Positions 40,476-53,917 of a DNA stretch of 64,000 bases are shown piece after piece (the first letter of the stretch is position 1; each line of letters starts with the position of its first letter). Position numbers and translations under genes: made by a program. Source of the stretch: Eledone cirrhosa (taxonomy: Eukaryota); assembly GCA_964016885.1 (NCBI GenBank), contig OZ024741.1, positions 154,132,001-154,196,000 of the forward strand. Reading direction: 5' to 3'. The notes under the pieces were generated by a model. The model saw only the letters and a list, made by a program, of their open reading frames with translations, was not told where the DNA came from and ran no database searches.

Positions 40476-42013
40476 CGCATCATATTTCCATACCAACGCA
40501 ATCTTATACTCACACAAGAATAAATATATTCACACACATACACTCATTCAAGTATAACTATAGTCACACAAACACACATATACACTCAGTGATTTAAACA
40601 CAATAACAATACCCAGCGTGTGTAGCCAATTCGCTACATATACTCACACAATTGTAACGAATTTTAAAACGCTGGTCACTGTTTTCTTTAGTTTGACACC
40701 ACCCCTTCCTTCGTCAATCACCTCCCTTTCATTGGGTGACGGACGAATATATATATAAATCAATATACACACATTCGCTATATAGTTGATAATGATATAT
40801 ATATATATATATATATATTGAAAATATATTAGCCTAATGTTAGCTGCTTCAATGCAGGTTTGTTTTTGTTTTGTTTTTTTACTATGAAATATAGTTGAAC
40901 AAGTTGAACAGTATTACCTGTGCAAATCGAACCCACACCAAGATAACGTTCAAAGTTTGCCCAAAGCTTGGTGAATACGATCGATTCTTTATATGTGTAT
41001 GTGAATTCAAACGATCTCAGTAATTTTGAATTGTTCGTGACAATTACCTGAACAGGAAATACTTTATTCACCACCCCTCCTCACACACACACACACACAT
41101 TATCTGCAAGCATTGCAATGCACCTCTTTCTATGTTAAACAGTGTAGATGCTTGCATATTGTTATCGTTTTTCATTTCATTTAAATATTTTTTATTCTAT
41201 GTGTACATGTTTGTGTGTGTGAGTAAGAAAAGTAGGGAGTATCAACTTGCTACCTTTAATTTTCTCGTATTATTTTAACAAATTTTAAAACACGAGTTAT
41301 GTTTTCTTTAATTTCACTTCCTTATTCTTGATAGAAAAAGTTGACAAACTATAATAAAAAACATACAGGTAAAAATTTTCAAATATATAATTCTTCTCGG
41401 AGACGGTGCAACAATATATTCTATTTTAGGGATAGTTATTCATAGGTTTGGTTAAAATTTTGAAGGTGAAATTTAGGATTTGTTATTTGTTTTGAACGAA
41501 TATGGCCTTCAAAACTGTTGTAAATAACTCGTTTTCTGTCGTTCCCCACCCACCCGAGAACTTCATAGCACCCGTCTCAGTGATGAGTGTAATAATAAAA
41601 ATAATTACTTTATATTTTACTTATATAGAGAGTGCACTCCATTCCATTGCCCCTCATACTTACATTGAATTCAACTTTGTCTCAAACAGACAAGACGCTT
41701 TGCATTGCGTTCTGAGTTCAAATCCCACAAGTTTAATACCACCTCTTGACTCTTGCAGGTCTTTAGTAGAGCAAAGTCCACTTTATTGCAAGCATTTTAG
41801 AGCAGGTCTCTAGTTTAAGGATATCTTATTTCCTTCCATCAATCTCGAGGCCCTCAAAATGCCATGGCGCTACCCTTCTTCCTGACAAAGCCTAAAAAAG
41901 AGTAGCTTGTTATAAAGTAAGCTCTAACAATATATAAATGACTAGATTTCTCAAAAGTCTAGTATTTCTACTGTTGCTGTTCATTATATTTTCTTATTAA
42001 TATTTACTTGTAG

Positions 42014-42169
42014 ATAAGCCTGAAAAAAAGATGGTTTTTTCTTCGTATGTTCTTTTTGTGTGGAGTAGCCATCTCTCTTGTACTTTATATAATATTCAGT
42101 CAACGAAAAGCAATAATAAAAACCCCATCCTCATGGGATATTCCAGTGATTTGGCAGCCAATAAAAGAG
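42014..42169 (+). CDS. METTL24: METTL24-like methyltransferase, coding exon A (basic tail + signal anchor: ISLKKRWFFLRMFFLCGVAISLVLYIIFSQRK..PIKE); in-frame ATG at 42047, true start uncertain
   Basis: Acceptor ttgtag, donor gtaggt, 156 nt open, ends in phase 0 matching the next exon; hydrophobic segment. Confidence 0.65.
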
Positions 42170-42361
42170 GTAGGTATTAGTTTTCTGTTCTTACTTTTTT
42201 TTTTTAATTTTCTCAATGCGTTTTGATGAAAGTTTCTTCATCTTATTAAAACGAAATTCTCTCCCACTGTTTCCCAAATTAGGTTCTGTAAAAATAATTC
42301 TGGGTGTTCTACAAGATAAGGCGTTTTTTAATGATATTTATTAAAAATGTTATTATGTCTT

Positions 42362-42394
<33 letters not shown>

Positions 42395-42740
42395 CAAAAT
42401 AACAGATTAAAGTTTAAGCAAAGAATCGCTGCTTTTACCCTTAACGGAATCTTCTGAAACTTTAATCTGTTATTTTAATAAATATTTGTTCTACGGTTCT
42501 TATATATTTATCCTTATCGAGCCCTCTTTGAATTTTAGTCTTCAAATTTATTATTATTACTATATATATATATATATAATGAATCAAAACATATCAAATA
42601 TGTTAGAATTTTGTGTTTCTCAATAAGCAAGCTCAATAGACATTATCTAGAGCCAAAATAAACCGAAAAAGATATATGCATATATATAGAGAGAGAGAGA
42701 GAAAGAGCCATATATCGTATGAGAAACACAATATATTGTA

Positions 42741-43757
42741 CAGAGTGGTCCGAAAGTCTTGTCACCCCTACCAAAAAATAATTGTTTCTACTTTAGGCAC
42801 AAGGCTAGCAAATACCCAGTGCATTACTGGTACTTTATTTTATCGACCCCGTAAGGATGAAAGGCAAAGTCAACCTCGGTGGGATTTGAACAAAAAATAA
42901 TGAGAAACAGTTTATGTTCCCATCGCAGTATCGTGCTCTTCGGAGGAGCTGGTTAGCCGAATCTTGCAGTGAAGTCATGTTGCACATCCTCCATGCTCTT
43001 GCCAGAATGCACACGATCATGTGTCCATACACTTGCAAGCAGCCGCTCTTCCAAGCTGTAGGAGCTCTGAAATAGAAAATTATATTATTATTATTGCGGT
43101 GGATTGGCTGTATCGTTAGAGGGTCGGACGCCATGGTTTGCAACATGGAGTTACGGGCCTTTACGATCTGAGTTCAAATCACGCCGAGGTTAACTTTGCC
43201 TTTCATCCTTACGGTGTCGATAAAATAAAGTACCAGTAATGTACTGGGATAATTGCTGGCCTTGTGCCAAAAGTAGAAACAATTATTATACATTATACGG
43301 TGGATTGGCAGTATAGGTAGAGAGTCGGACGCCATGTTTTGACGCAAAGAGTTACGTCCCTTTACGATCTGAGTTCAAATCCCGCCGAGGTTAACTTTGC
43401 CTTTCATCCTTACGGGGTCGATAAAATAAAGTACCAGTAATGCACTTGTGCCAAAAGTAGAAACAATTATTTTTTGTTCTAATAATATAATATATATCAT
43501 GAATTATAATGTATAATAATAATTGTTTCTACATTTGGCACAAGGCCAGCAATAACCCAGTACATTACTGGTACTTTATTTTATCGACCCCGTAAGGATG
43601 AAAGGCAAAGTTAACCTCGGATTTGAACTCAGAGTGGCAAGGGCCGTAACTCTATGCGTAAAAGCATGGTGTCCGACCCTCTACCGATAATGCTAATTAA
43701 CCAATGAAAGTTAAAACAATATGTGACAAAGGGTGGCAAGACTTTCAGACCACCCTG
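42741..43757. mobile_element. Mariner-type MITE containing four family-A SINEs
   Basis: TIRs CAGAGTGGTCCGAAAGTCTTGTCACCC / GGGTGGCAAGACTTTCAGACCACCCTG with TA on both sides. Confidence 0.75.
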
Positions 43758-43849
43758 TATATTACTGTGTTTCTTATACAATATGTGGCTCTTTCTCTCC
43801 CTATATATACATATATCGTTTTCATTTGGTTTATATATATATAAAACTC

Positions 43850-44132
43850 AGAGTTGTATGGGAGCCTCCCAAAAGTCAGCTGAAAAGCGACACAGAGGAG
43901 ACTGAGGTTAGCTGGACATGCTCACCAACATCCAGAGTTGACACTGCACTCAGTGCTCCCGTGGGAGCCCCTGCATGGACACACTGGAAGAGGAAGACCA
44001 AGGTTAACGTATGTTGATGCCCTAAGGACAGACACTGGTCTGTTGGAGACGCAGGACATGGCAGCGATAATGAAGGACAGAGACCGCTGGAGAGAACTCA
44101 TCCATGGATCTCGGGAATTTTACCCGCCCTAG
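43850..44132 (+). mobile_element. RTE/RTEX LINE 3' fragment
   Basis: RRLRLAGH..WEP..GRGRPRLTYVD..DRDRWR. Confidence 0.75.
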
Positions 44133-45380
44133 ATATATATATATATATAAATTCTCTCTCTGAAACATAGTGTTTCATTTAATATCTAATTAAAATTGAG
44201 TTGGGATAGTTTGGATTCTGTGATTTGGGGAAATTCATATAAAGGTTCCCCAACAAAATAACTTTTGGAACCACTGGTATAGACAATCACTTTAAGAATT
44301 CAAACTCATTAGATATCATAACAGTCTTCCTCTTTAAGATGATTACAAAGCAGCTATAGTATACTATTATTAATTCAAAGATATGACAACCTCCCTAATG
44401 TTGGTGATTTACACAATAAACTCACCCTGGGCACTCTGTAAAGTAATTGGTGATAGGAAAGGCATTCAGATGTAGAAAGCTTGCTAAACAAAGGGTCAGA
44501 ATGACTCTTCAGTTGTGTCAAAGACACAATGACCTCCCTAATGTTGATGATTTACTTGATAAACACGCCCAGTACATTCTATAAAGTAATTTGGAATCAG
44601 CAGGAGATCCAGCCATAGAAAACCTTCCAAACAAAAAGTCAGGAGGACTCTTCAGCTGTGTGAAAAACATGACAACCTCCCTAGTGCTGGTGCCATGATA
44701 AAATGCACTTTGAGCATGGGAATGTTTGTAAGAGAGATATAGGCCTCCAACCCATCTGAGGGGTCAGTATCTCTGCTTGAGTGTTGTGAAGATTTGTCCA
44801 ACCTTTACTCACAGGATAAACAGACATTAAATGATGTGAACATCATAGAGTGGTAGCAGGCTATTTGTGAACCATGATTCTATCTAGGTTCAATTCCTGG
44901 TAAACTTTGACATCTGCATCTCTCCCTCCTTGCTTGACAACAATGCTGCCTGGGTAGGTGAAGCTCTCCAACTACTTTAGTGCTTTGCCTTCTAGCATGA
45001 TGGGGGCTGTGCTTGATGTGTTGACCTTCAAGACTTTACTCTTCCTTCTCTGTGTGTTGAGGCCCAAGTCTGTTGTAAGTCATCTCATCATAGGATTTTC
45101 TGATGATGTTGATGATCTTTCTAGGTATCCTGTAATACCTCAGAAGCTTCCAGTGTGGTCTGGCAACATGAGATTTCGTAAACCATGCTTACATGCCATC
45201 TTACATTTATTACATCATTTTCAACACTATCACCATGCCTGCTAAAATGTTTTAGAAACTCTAGTTTAACTTAAACTAACCAGCCTATTCCATAATGATG
45301 TGATCTATTAGAAAGCCACTGTTCTATATTTTGATGAATGTTTTAGAAACTCGGGTTTAACTCATATTTGTATCTTACAG

Positions 45381-45493
45381 GAACCTGAACTACCTCCCAA
45401 ACCACCAATCCCAAATATACTTTATATCAATGCCAGCAAAATAACTCTTACTTTGGAGCAAACTGAGGAAGTTGTAGAAGAGAAGTTCTTTGA
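45381..45493 (+). CDS. METTL24: METTL24-like exon B (EPELPPKPPIPNILYINASKITLTLEQTEEVVEEKFFE)
   Basis: Acceptor cttacag, donor gtgagt, 113 nt, phase 0 to 2; Pro-rich stem. Confidence 0.8.
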
Positions 45494-46417
45494 GTGAGTT
45501 TCATTTTTATCTGTAATGTTATTTAACCTTAATTCAGACTTGATCTGTACTGTAATGTTATTTAACCCCAGGTTAGACTTTATCTGTGCTATAATTGTTT
45601 CTACTTTAGGCACAAGGCCAGCAATTACCCAGTGCATTACTGGTACTTTATTTTATCGACCCTGTAAGGATGAAAGGCAAAGTCAACCTCGGCGGGATTT
45701 GAACTCAGATCGTAAAGGGACGTAACTATGCTGGAAAGCATGGCGTCCGACCCTCTACTGATACTGCCAATCCATCGCCCTGATCTGTACTATAATGTTG
45801 TTAAGTCCCAGTCAGCCTTGACCTGTACTGTTGTTATTTAAACCTAGGTCAAAATTAAACCATAAAGTTATTTAACCCCAAGTCAACCATGATCTGTTAT
45901 GCTGTTATTTAATTCTAAGTCAGGCTTCACATTTAATGTTGTTATTTAACCCCAGGTCAACCTTGATCAAACAAAATTCAAGTTATGACTATCTTAAATT
46001 GTTTTCAGGCATAGTCTACCTAAGACTATATTATCCAATGTGTCTTTTTTTGAAAAATACTTGTGTGTCCTTTCAGAGAGATTTAGCTGCTATTCTTAAG
46101 AACCATGTAGAGGCTTCTGTTCTGGCTCATAATTTGTTTGTTTTGCAGCATGTGTGGTGCAAAAAATCATCAAGTTTCCTTTCATATGTTGCCTGCAGTG
46201 TGGTAACATCATATTTCACCAATGATGAATTGTAAAAAAAGAGATTGTTTTAGAAACTTTGGGGGTTTTATTTTTCTGAGGTTGATAAAATAAAATACAG
46301 CCAAACACTGAAGTTGGAATAATTGGATTTTACCCCTCTCAAAATTGCTGGTCTTGTGCCTAATTCAGAAACTATTATTTTTATTGAAAATTTATTTATG
46401 TCGTGTTTTTTTTAAAG

Positions 46418-46546
46418 GTACCTCGTTAGAAAAGAAGTGTGGTGTAAAAAGAATGAACGACTTGGACATCATGGAGCAGGTGGATGGAATGTCTGTCTCT
46501 CCCCACCTTTTGGGCTCATTAAACCTTGTATTGTATATCTTATTGG
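46418..46546 (+). CDS. METTL24: METTL24-like exon C (YLVRKEVWCKKNERLGHHGAGGWNVCLSPPFGLIKPCIVYLIG)
   Basis: Acceptor (t)naaag, donor gtaagt, 129 nt, phase 2-2; C..RxG..GGWxVC..CxVYxxG family pattern. Confidence 0.9.
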
Positions 46547-46669
46547 GTAAGTGATGTATTTATTTTATTCATTAATATAAATTACAAGACGTGCAATCTG
46601 TATAAGACAGTAGTAATAGCGACATAAATACCATATAAAATCTAGAGCGCAAACAATAAATAGAGTAAA

Positions 46670-49200
46670 TATAACAACTAATAACTAATAAAACCAATAC
46701 AACAACTAATAACAGATAGAACAGATACAACAAATACTAATAATATAGAACAGATATAACAACTAGTAACTAATAGAACAGATACAGCTACTACTAATTG
46801 ATACAACAAATAACAGATATAATTAATAACAGACAGAACATATACAACTAATAATAGATAAAACTAATAATGAGACAGAACAGAAATAACAACTAATAAC
46901 AGGTAAAACAGATACAACAATTAATAACAGATATAATAACTAATAACACATTAGACAACTATTAAGAAATAGAATAGATGCAACAACTAATAGCAGATAA
47001 AATTGATACAGCTAATAACACACAGAACATATACAACTAATAAAAGATGCAGTTAATAATAGATGGAACAGATATAACAACTAATAACATACAGAACAGA
47101 TACAACTAATAATAGATAGAACAGATACATCAAGTAATAACTAATAGAACAAATATAACAACTAATAACAGATATAACACTTATCAGACATAACAGATAC
47201 ATCAACTAATAACAGATATAACACTTATCAAACATAACAGGTACATCAACTAATAACAGATACAACCACTAATAACAGATATAACACTTATCAGACATAA
47301 CAGATACATCAACTAATAACAAATACAACTTCTAATAACAGATATAACACTTATAAGACATAACAGATACATCAACTAATAACAGATACAACTAATAACA
47401 GATATAACATTTATCAAACATAAGAGATACAACATGACTAGCATGGAAGGTTTGAAAAAATAGTGGGAGTAGAGACCAACACACAGCTGCTAAAAGAGAA
47501 GGTAGACGTCAGGTGTACTTAGCACGCAGGGAAGCTGAGAGTAGGAGGTTTGCCAATGTGCTGCGATGAGAAGATCAGAGACGTGTACAAGGCAGTGTGT
47601 CAATGTAAATCAGGATATTGTTGGAGATAAGTGTGTCCGAATGATGCTGATGCACTTAGTGTCACTGATGCTCAGAAAAGGGAGGCCTGGAAATGTCATT
47701 ATGTGAGACTGATGAATATTGAGAACGAATGGGAGAGAGAGAAACTACCCCCAGTAGACCCGACAGAAGGGACCAGCTATTGAGATTGACGACTATAGGG
47801 TCAAAGAGGCAATTAAGGAAATGAAAAATGGTAAGGCTGCTGGACTGTCAGGGATAGTTGCTGAGATGCTGAAGGCATCAGGAGAAACTGGTTGCACGCA
47901 TCGTCAATCAAGCTATATATGGCAGGAATCACACCCGAAAACTGGTGCATTAGTATTCTTATAAATTGCTACAAAGGTAAAGGGGATGCCTGGAGAGGAG
48001 CAATTATAGAGGCATAAAGCTGATGGATCAGGTTATGAAATTGGCAGAAAGAATACTAGTGCAACTAATTAGAGAAAAGGTCAAATTAGATGAGATACAG
48101 TTTGGTTTTGTTCCTGGGAAAATTACAACAGATGACCTCTTCTTAGTGAGACAACTACAAGAGAGGTTCTTAGAGAAAAATAAGCCACTATATTTAGCTT
48201 TTATTGACCTAGAGACGACCATTGATACAGTACCCCGATCTGTCATCTGGTGGTCCCTAAGGAAACTAGGTGTAAAGGAATTGCTTGTGCAAGCTATGTA
48301 CAGGGGTGCTGTCAGTATAGTGAGAGTAGGAATGGAATTTAATGAGGAATTCCAGATACAAGTAGGAGTACATCAGGGTTTGGTCCTCAACCTGCTTTTG
48401 TTCATTATAGTTCTCCAAGCCATAACAGAGGAGTTTAAGACTGGCTGTCCATGGGAACTTCTCTATGCTGACTATTTGTTACTTATAGCAGAATCAGTAA
48501 AGGAGCTAGAGAATAAATTCTGGCTATGGAAACAGCAGTTGGAATCAAGAGGACTGTGAGTGAACCTAGCTAAGACTAAAGTGTTATTAAGTAGAAAAGA
48601 GGACAAAACTCTGATTCCATCAGGGAAATGGCCATGTTCGATATGTAGAAAAGGAGTTGGCATAAATTCTATAAAATGTACACAATGCAGATCTTGGGTA
48701 CACAAGAGATGTAGTCGGATAGCAGGAAAACTAACAAGTAGGGGAAACTACATTTGCAGATGTACAGGGAAATTTGACAGTAGAAGTCGCAGTGATAGAC
48801 ACATTTTTCAAATGCAGGTAGGATCTATAGATGGAGGATGACCGCTGGGTAAAGAAGTGCCAAGAAATTCCAGTAGAAGGAAGACCACAAAAATCATGGG
48901 TGGAGCTGGTGAGAGCTGACCTCAGATCGCTGAAGTTCGCGGAGGAGATGACGAAGGACCGTGACGAATGGAGAGATGCTGTGCTGAATAGGACTCATCC
49001 CACCCTTGCAAGCAGGGAAAAAGCAGACGTAAAATAATGATGATGAACAACTAATAACAGATATAACACTTATTAGACACAACACATACATCAACTAATA
49101 TCAAATATAACAACTAATAACATATAACATTTATCAGACATAACAGATACATCAATTAATATCAAATATAACAAATAACAGCGAGAACAGATACAACAAA
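46670..49200. repeat. Degenerate AACTAATAACAGATA(T/C)AAC minisatellite, split by an RTE insertion
   Basis: Repeat visible at 46670-47434 and resuming at 49047-49200. Confidence 0.85.
47435..49046 (+). mobile_element. 5'-truncated, decayed RTE LINE with an internal deletion, in an intron
   Basis: Protein similar to the 13471-17188 element (NCYKGKGD, GVHQG, TGCPWELLYAD, PHD-like CSIC..CTQC..HKRC); stops and frameshifts; (GAT)n tail. Confidence 0.9.
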
Positions 49201-51168
49201 TTACAATAAATTTATATGACAGTAAGTCGTATGTTTTTGTTCTACGTAAATCTCGTTCCACTCTAATCATTTACCCCATGATACACGTATCATCCTTCTT
49301 GCCTCCCCTTCATATTACCCTCCCCCACACATTCGCACAGACGTTAGAGAGAGACCTTCCAGTCAGATCTACGACTGATAACCTCTACAATGCTGGTGCT
49401 AAGAAAAATGTACCCAGTACATCCTGTAAGGTGATTGGTGATAGGAAGGGCACCAGCTATAGAAACCATGCCAAACAAATGACTGAGAAGACTCTTTATT
49501 TGTGTCAAGGGCACAATAACCTATCTCGTGTTTGGTAACATGTTTAACGATCAAAGACTTGACAACCTTCATAATGTTGGTGCCACATTCGAATACACCC
49601 AGTGCACCCTGTACGGCGCGGGGAACGTAAGCTACAAAATAAATATATTAAGAAATATCATCTAAACATATTCGGTGCACTTAACCACTCTTCATACTAA
49701 TGGACCTTATAATATTTTGTTTAATCTAAACTACAACTGCAGATACACGTCATTTTCTTCACTTCACTGTGAGCTACAACTTAAAAGTCGATTTTTTTTT
49801 TTTTTAAAGTGATCCTAATATAAGTTGTTAACAACTTTATATATTAGTTATTAACAACTTTATATATCGGTATTAAACAAAACACTCTATATATGCGTAA
49901 AAAAGGTATTCGCATTAAGAGTTGTTTCCCTTGAATAATTCTACACCTTAATGTGGTTCATCAATTAAATCTAGTATGCTTTTTTTTAAATGGTGGTTTG
50001 TTATTTGATGTTGCAGATGGCGCAACCATGTAGATGGTTTTTTTTTTTTTTTATTAAGTTGTATAATAATGCTGTTTGCCTGAATGGTAGTAAGATTTGA
50101 GATTTTGTGTGCAGTAGTATTAGTTTGGTAGTGTGTAGTAGTATTAGTATATTTTATAGTGTTGTAATGTAGAGTATGGATGCAGCATGACTGAATGGTT
50201 AAGAAATTCACTTCATAATGACAGCATAGTCTCAGGTCAACTCAACTTTGTGAATAGAATTGGTTAGACAGAAACTGTGGAAGTATTTGTAATTCAAAGG
50301 TCCAGCCTTGTCATCATCACCATTTTACATCAATTTTCCATGCTTGCAAAGGTTAGATGGCTGTCACATTCTGAGAGTAGATCAATCATGTGACCACATC
50401 TTACTCATATATTTTACTCTATTTTTGGCATGGTTTCTACAGTTGGATGCCCTTCCTACACAAAGTATTTTTTCGTACCACCAAATTCAATGAGCAGGTA
50501 GTCAAGCTGATTTACTAACTGAATACTTATCTTTGGAACTGACTGAGATCTATTTATTTTACTTATTTGGTATATAGTGTGGTAGTGTGGGTTTATTAGA
50601 CATCACGTTTTTTAAATATATATATCATCATCATTATTATTTAACATCTATTTTCCGCACTAACATGAGTTAGACAGGTTGTCCTATTAGAGGCAAGTTG
50701 GGACAGGTGACTTGTGTCTTGCTCATGCAGAACTATTTCTGGCTTGGTTTTTATGGCTGCATGCCTTTCCTAACATCAACCACATTTACAGTGTGTGCTG
50801 GGTGCTTTTTGTCGTGTTTCCTACACAACCACTCTACAGTGTGGACTGGGTGCTTTTTGTCATGACATCTATGCGACCACTTTACAGTGTGGGCTGGGTG
50901 TTTTTGTGATGCCAACATATACCTGTTTATGTTGCACACCAATTTTACACACTCTACTCTTGATTCAGTACTTCACTTGCATATAAGCTTTTGTAGTTCC
51001 AGTTGTTTCTTTTTTCCATAGAAAAACCTTTGACTTATTCATAAGTTTATCTCATAATTTATTTGATCGTAATCTATTCTTCAAAATGATCTATATATAC
51101 TTAAATACTTACATACACACTTATATAAATGTTTTCTGACAATATCTTTTTTTAATTATTTTTTTCAG

Positions 51169-51243
51169 AACGGATCAAAACATGGCATTTGATGAAGCAA
51201 TTGCATACATTTATGGTTGTCACGTTCATGTATTTAACCCTGC
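51169..51243 (+). CDS. METTL24: METTL24-like exon D (TDQNMAFDEAIAYIYGCHVHVFNPA)
   Basis: Acceptor (t)ncag, donor gtaagt, 75 nt, phase 2-2; xFD..GCxVxxF(D/N)P motif. Confidence 0.9.
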
Positions 51244-51659
51244 GTAAGTTCTTGTATTAATTATGAACTTCATATTTCCTCTTATGAACAAATTGATGTG
51301 GGTTAGTTCAGTGGAAATATGTTATAAACAGAAACCTTGCAATGCTATATATATGTATGTAAAAGGTAAATAACAAAAATAACAAAACAAACGGCACAGT
51401 ACAAGGAAGAAATATATTAGTTTAGCGCTTGAAATAGCAGCAATTCTCAAAGGAGAGTAAGGAATTAAACTTATAGAATGTAATTGCCAGATTTTAAGAG
51501 AAAGGAATAGCTCAATGCATATATATGATATATCTAATAGTTTGGAGAAGAATAGATATTAGTGTGGAAGAATAGTTATATATATAATAGCAGAGCGAAT
51601 TTAGACAAAAGTATTAATAGAAAATCAATCCTCTTTCATCAAAGAACCATATACTTTTG

Positions 51660-51776
<117 letters not shown>

Positions 51777-52890
51777 ACAGACTTAAGGAGACTGCCATAA
51801 ACAGAAACTTTAGGGTGCTGTATTATCATCACCGTTTATATATGTATGTGTGTCCTATTATGTACATTAAAGTGCTGTGTATATGTTATATACACAGTAC
51901 TATATATATAAATTATCACACCTTTCTCCCTTAAAGAAAAGATACCTTTGACCTTCAAGAACAATGTTACAAGCATGAATCTCCCTAGTCATGGAAGGTT
52001 TGTAAAGGTCATGAGCCCAGCTCTTCCTCAAATCAAACCAATGAAAATAAAGAAAAAAATTAAAATATAGATACCAGCCTGGAAAAGAGTCACATGCAAA
52101 TCAAGGTTGTATCAGGTGATGCTCCTGTTGAGTGTGCTTGATTATTCCAGCATCTTAGTCTAAGATGCTGGAATAATCACCTGTGGGCTTGACACAAAAA
52201 TTAGTAGAAGGAAATTCCAACACCCTGTGTTGTGGTGTGTGATTAAGTATGTGTATCATCTCTCAATTTTTTCCTTTCCTCTTGTTTTTTTTTTATATAA
52301 ATTCTTTATGGAAATTGTGTTTATTTGTAAGAAAAAAACCCTTTATGATTAGGAACAGATTATGATTGGCTATTTTGTTATCATCTGCTTAAGAATGTTT
52401 TAGAGTGGGAATAACCAACCTTTTTTTAGTTGTAACTCAATATTAAATGTTAATGTGTGGCAAATTGGCAGAGTTGATAAAACATCTGATAGAAAGCTTT
52501 GCGGTATTTTGTTCCAGCTCTCTGTTGTCTGAGTTCAAATCACACCATTGTCTACTTTGCCTTTCATCCTTTCGAGGTCGATAAAAAAAAGTACCAGTCC
52601 AGTACTGGAGTTGATTCTTCCTCTATATCTCTTTTTCATTTCCTCTCTTCTTGCTTCTCTGGAAGAAATCGATTATGTTTCAACATGGATAGGTGATGGG
52701 CTCTACCAGGTTTAAAGTGTCCAAGATGCACTGTATATCATGACGGTACTCCTATGACTCCATCAAGAGCTATGGGTCTCCTACAACTCAATCGGGAGTT
52801 ATGGGTACACACATACATAAATACATTAAATGTTAATACCAGCAATGTTCCTATTTCCAGCATTCTGATTTTTTATATTTATCTTAACAG

Positions 52891-53029
52891 AAAGAAGCAA
52901 CTTAAGAGAAGTGATTCTAATCTGATCCATATCCATAATTTTGGTCTAAGCAGCAAAGATGATTCCTCACCAGAAGGCTGGGCAACAGTCACTTTCAAGA
53001 AGTTACTGGAGATGAATGGTCATTTGCAA
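52891..53029 (+). CDS. METTL24: METTL24-like exon E (KKQLKRSDSNLIHIHNFGLSSKDDSSPEGWATVTFKKLLEMNGHLQ)
   Basis: Acceptor cttaacag, donor gtaatt, 139 nt, phase 2 to 0. Confidence 0.88.
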
Positions 53030-53054
53030 GTAATTACCATTTCCTTTTTCTTAT

Positions 53055-53495
53055 ATATCATATCTCAATACACTGTCATATCTCTATACACTGGTGTCAT
53101 ATCTCTATACACTGATGTCATATCTCTATACACTGATATCATATCTCTATACACTGATATCATATCTCTATACACTGTCATATCTCAGTACACTGATATA
53201 TTAACTCAATACACTGATGACATAACTCAATACACTGTCATAACTCAATACACTGATGACATATCTCAGTACACTGATGACATATCTCAGTACACTGATA
53301 TCATAACTCAATACACGTTCATACTCAATACACTTATATCATATCTCAATACACTGATGTCATACTCAATACACTGATATCTTAACTCAATACACTGGCA
53401 TACTCAATACACTGATGTCATAACTCAATACACTGATGTCATATCTCAATACACTGATGTCATATCTCAATACACTGATGTCATATCTCAATACA
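53055..53495. repeat. Intronic minisatellite, 18-21-bp unit CATATCTCAATACACTGATGT
   Basis: About 20 tandem degenerate copies. Confidence 0.92.
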
Positions 53496-53917
53496 TAGAT
53501 AGAACGCTGCGAGTGAAAATGAAATTTATTCCTTAATTCCTTAAACTATTTGAAGCGATCATATATAACGATGCACTAGACCTCCAGTGAAATACTGCTT
53601 GGTCTGGTCCCCCTTGTGACTGTATACTCTAATGAAATACTACACAGTCCCCTGTATGACTGTGTCCTCTAGTGAAATACTCATGGTCCCCAGTATGACT
53701 GTCTTCCAGTGAAATAATGCATGGTTAAAGTTTTTGTTTTTCATCTCTCTTTATACTTTGAGTTCAAATCAACTTTTTTTCATCCTTTTGGGTTAGTTTA
53801 GAACTTACCACTTAGCAAAATTCTTATTTCATGTGTTTTCTCATTCTATATATATTCTCTGATTCTATATATATATTCGTTCATTCTATGTACTCTCTCA
53901 TTCTGTATATTTTACAG

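Noticed and set aside
40300-40557. 85-aa ORF as a possible first exon of the METTL24-like gene
   Set aside because: It is the antisense reading of an RTE 3' fragment
41207-41218. ATGTTTGTGTGT/GTGAGT micro-exon giving an in-phase start (MFVC) for exon A
   Set aside because: Phase-compatible but lies in TG-repeat-like sequence and cannot be distinguished from chance without transcripts
43097-43467. tRNA genes suggested by A/B boxes
   Set aside because: These are SINE heads with no cloverleaf, and they continue into SINE core and tail
53055-53495. CRISPR-like array, or a coding repeat in ORF 52754-53377
   Set aside because: Contiguous degenerate units with no unique spacers, eukaryotic context, and located after the GT donor at 53030
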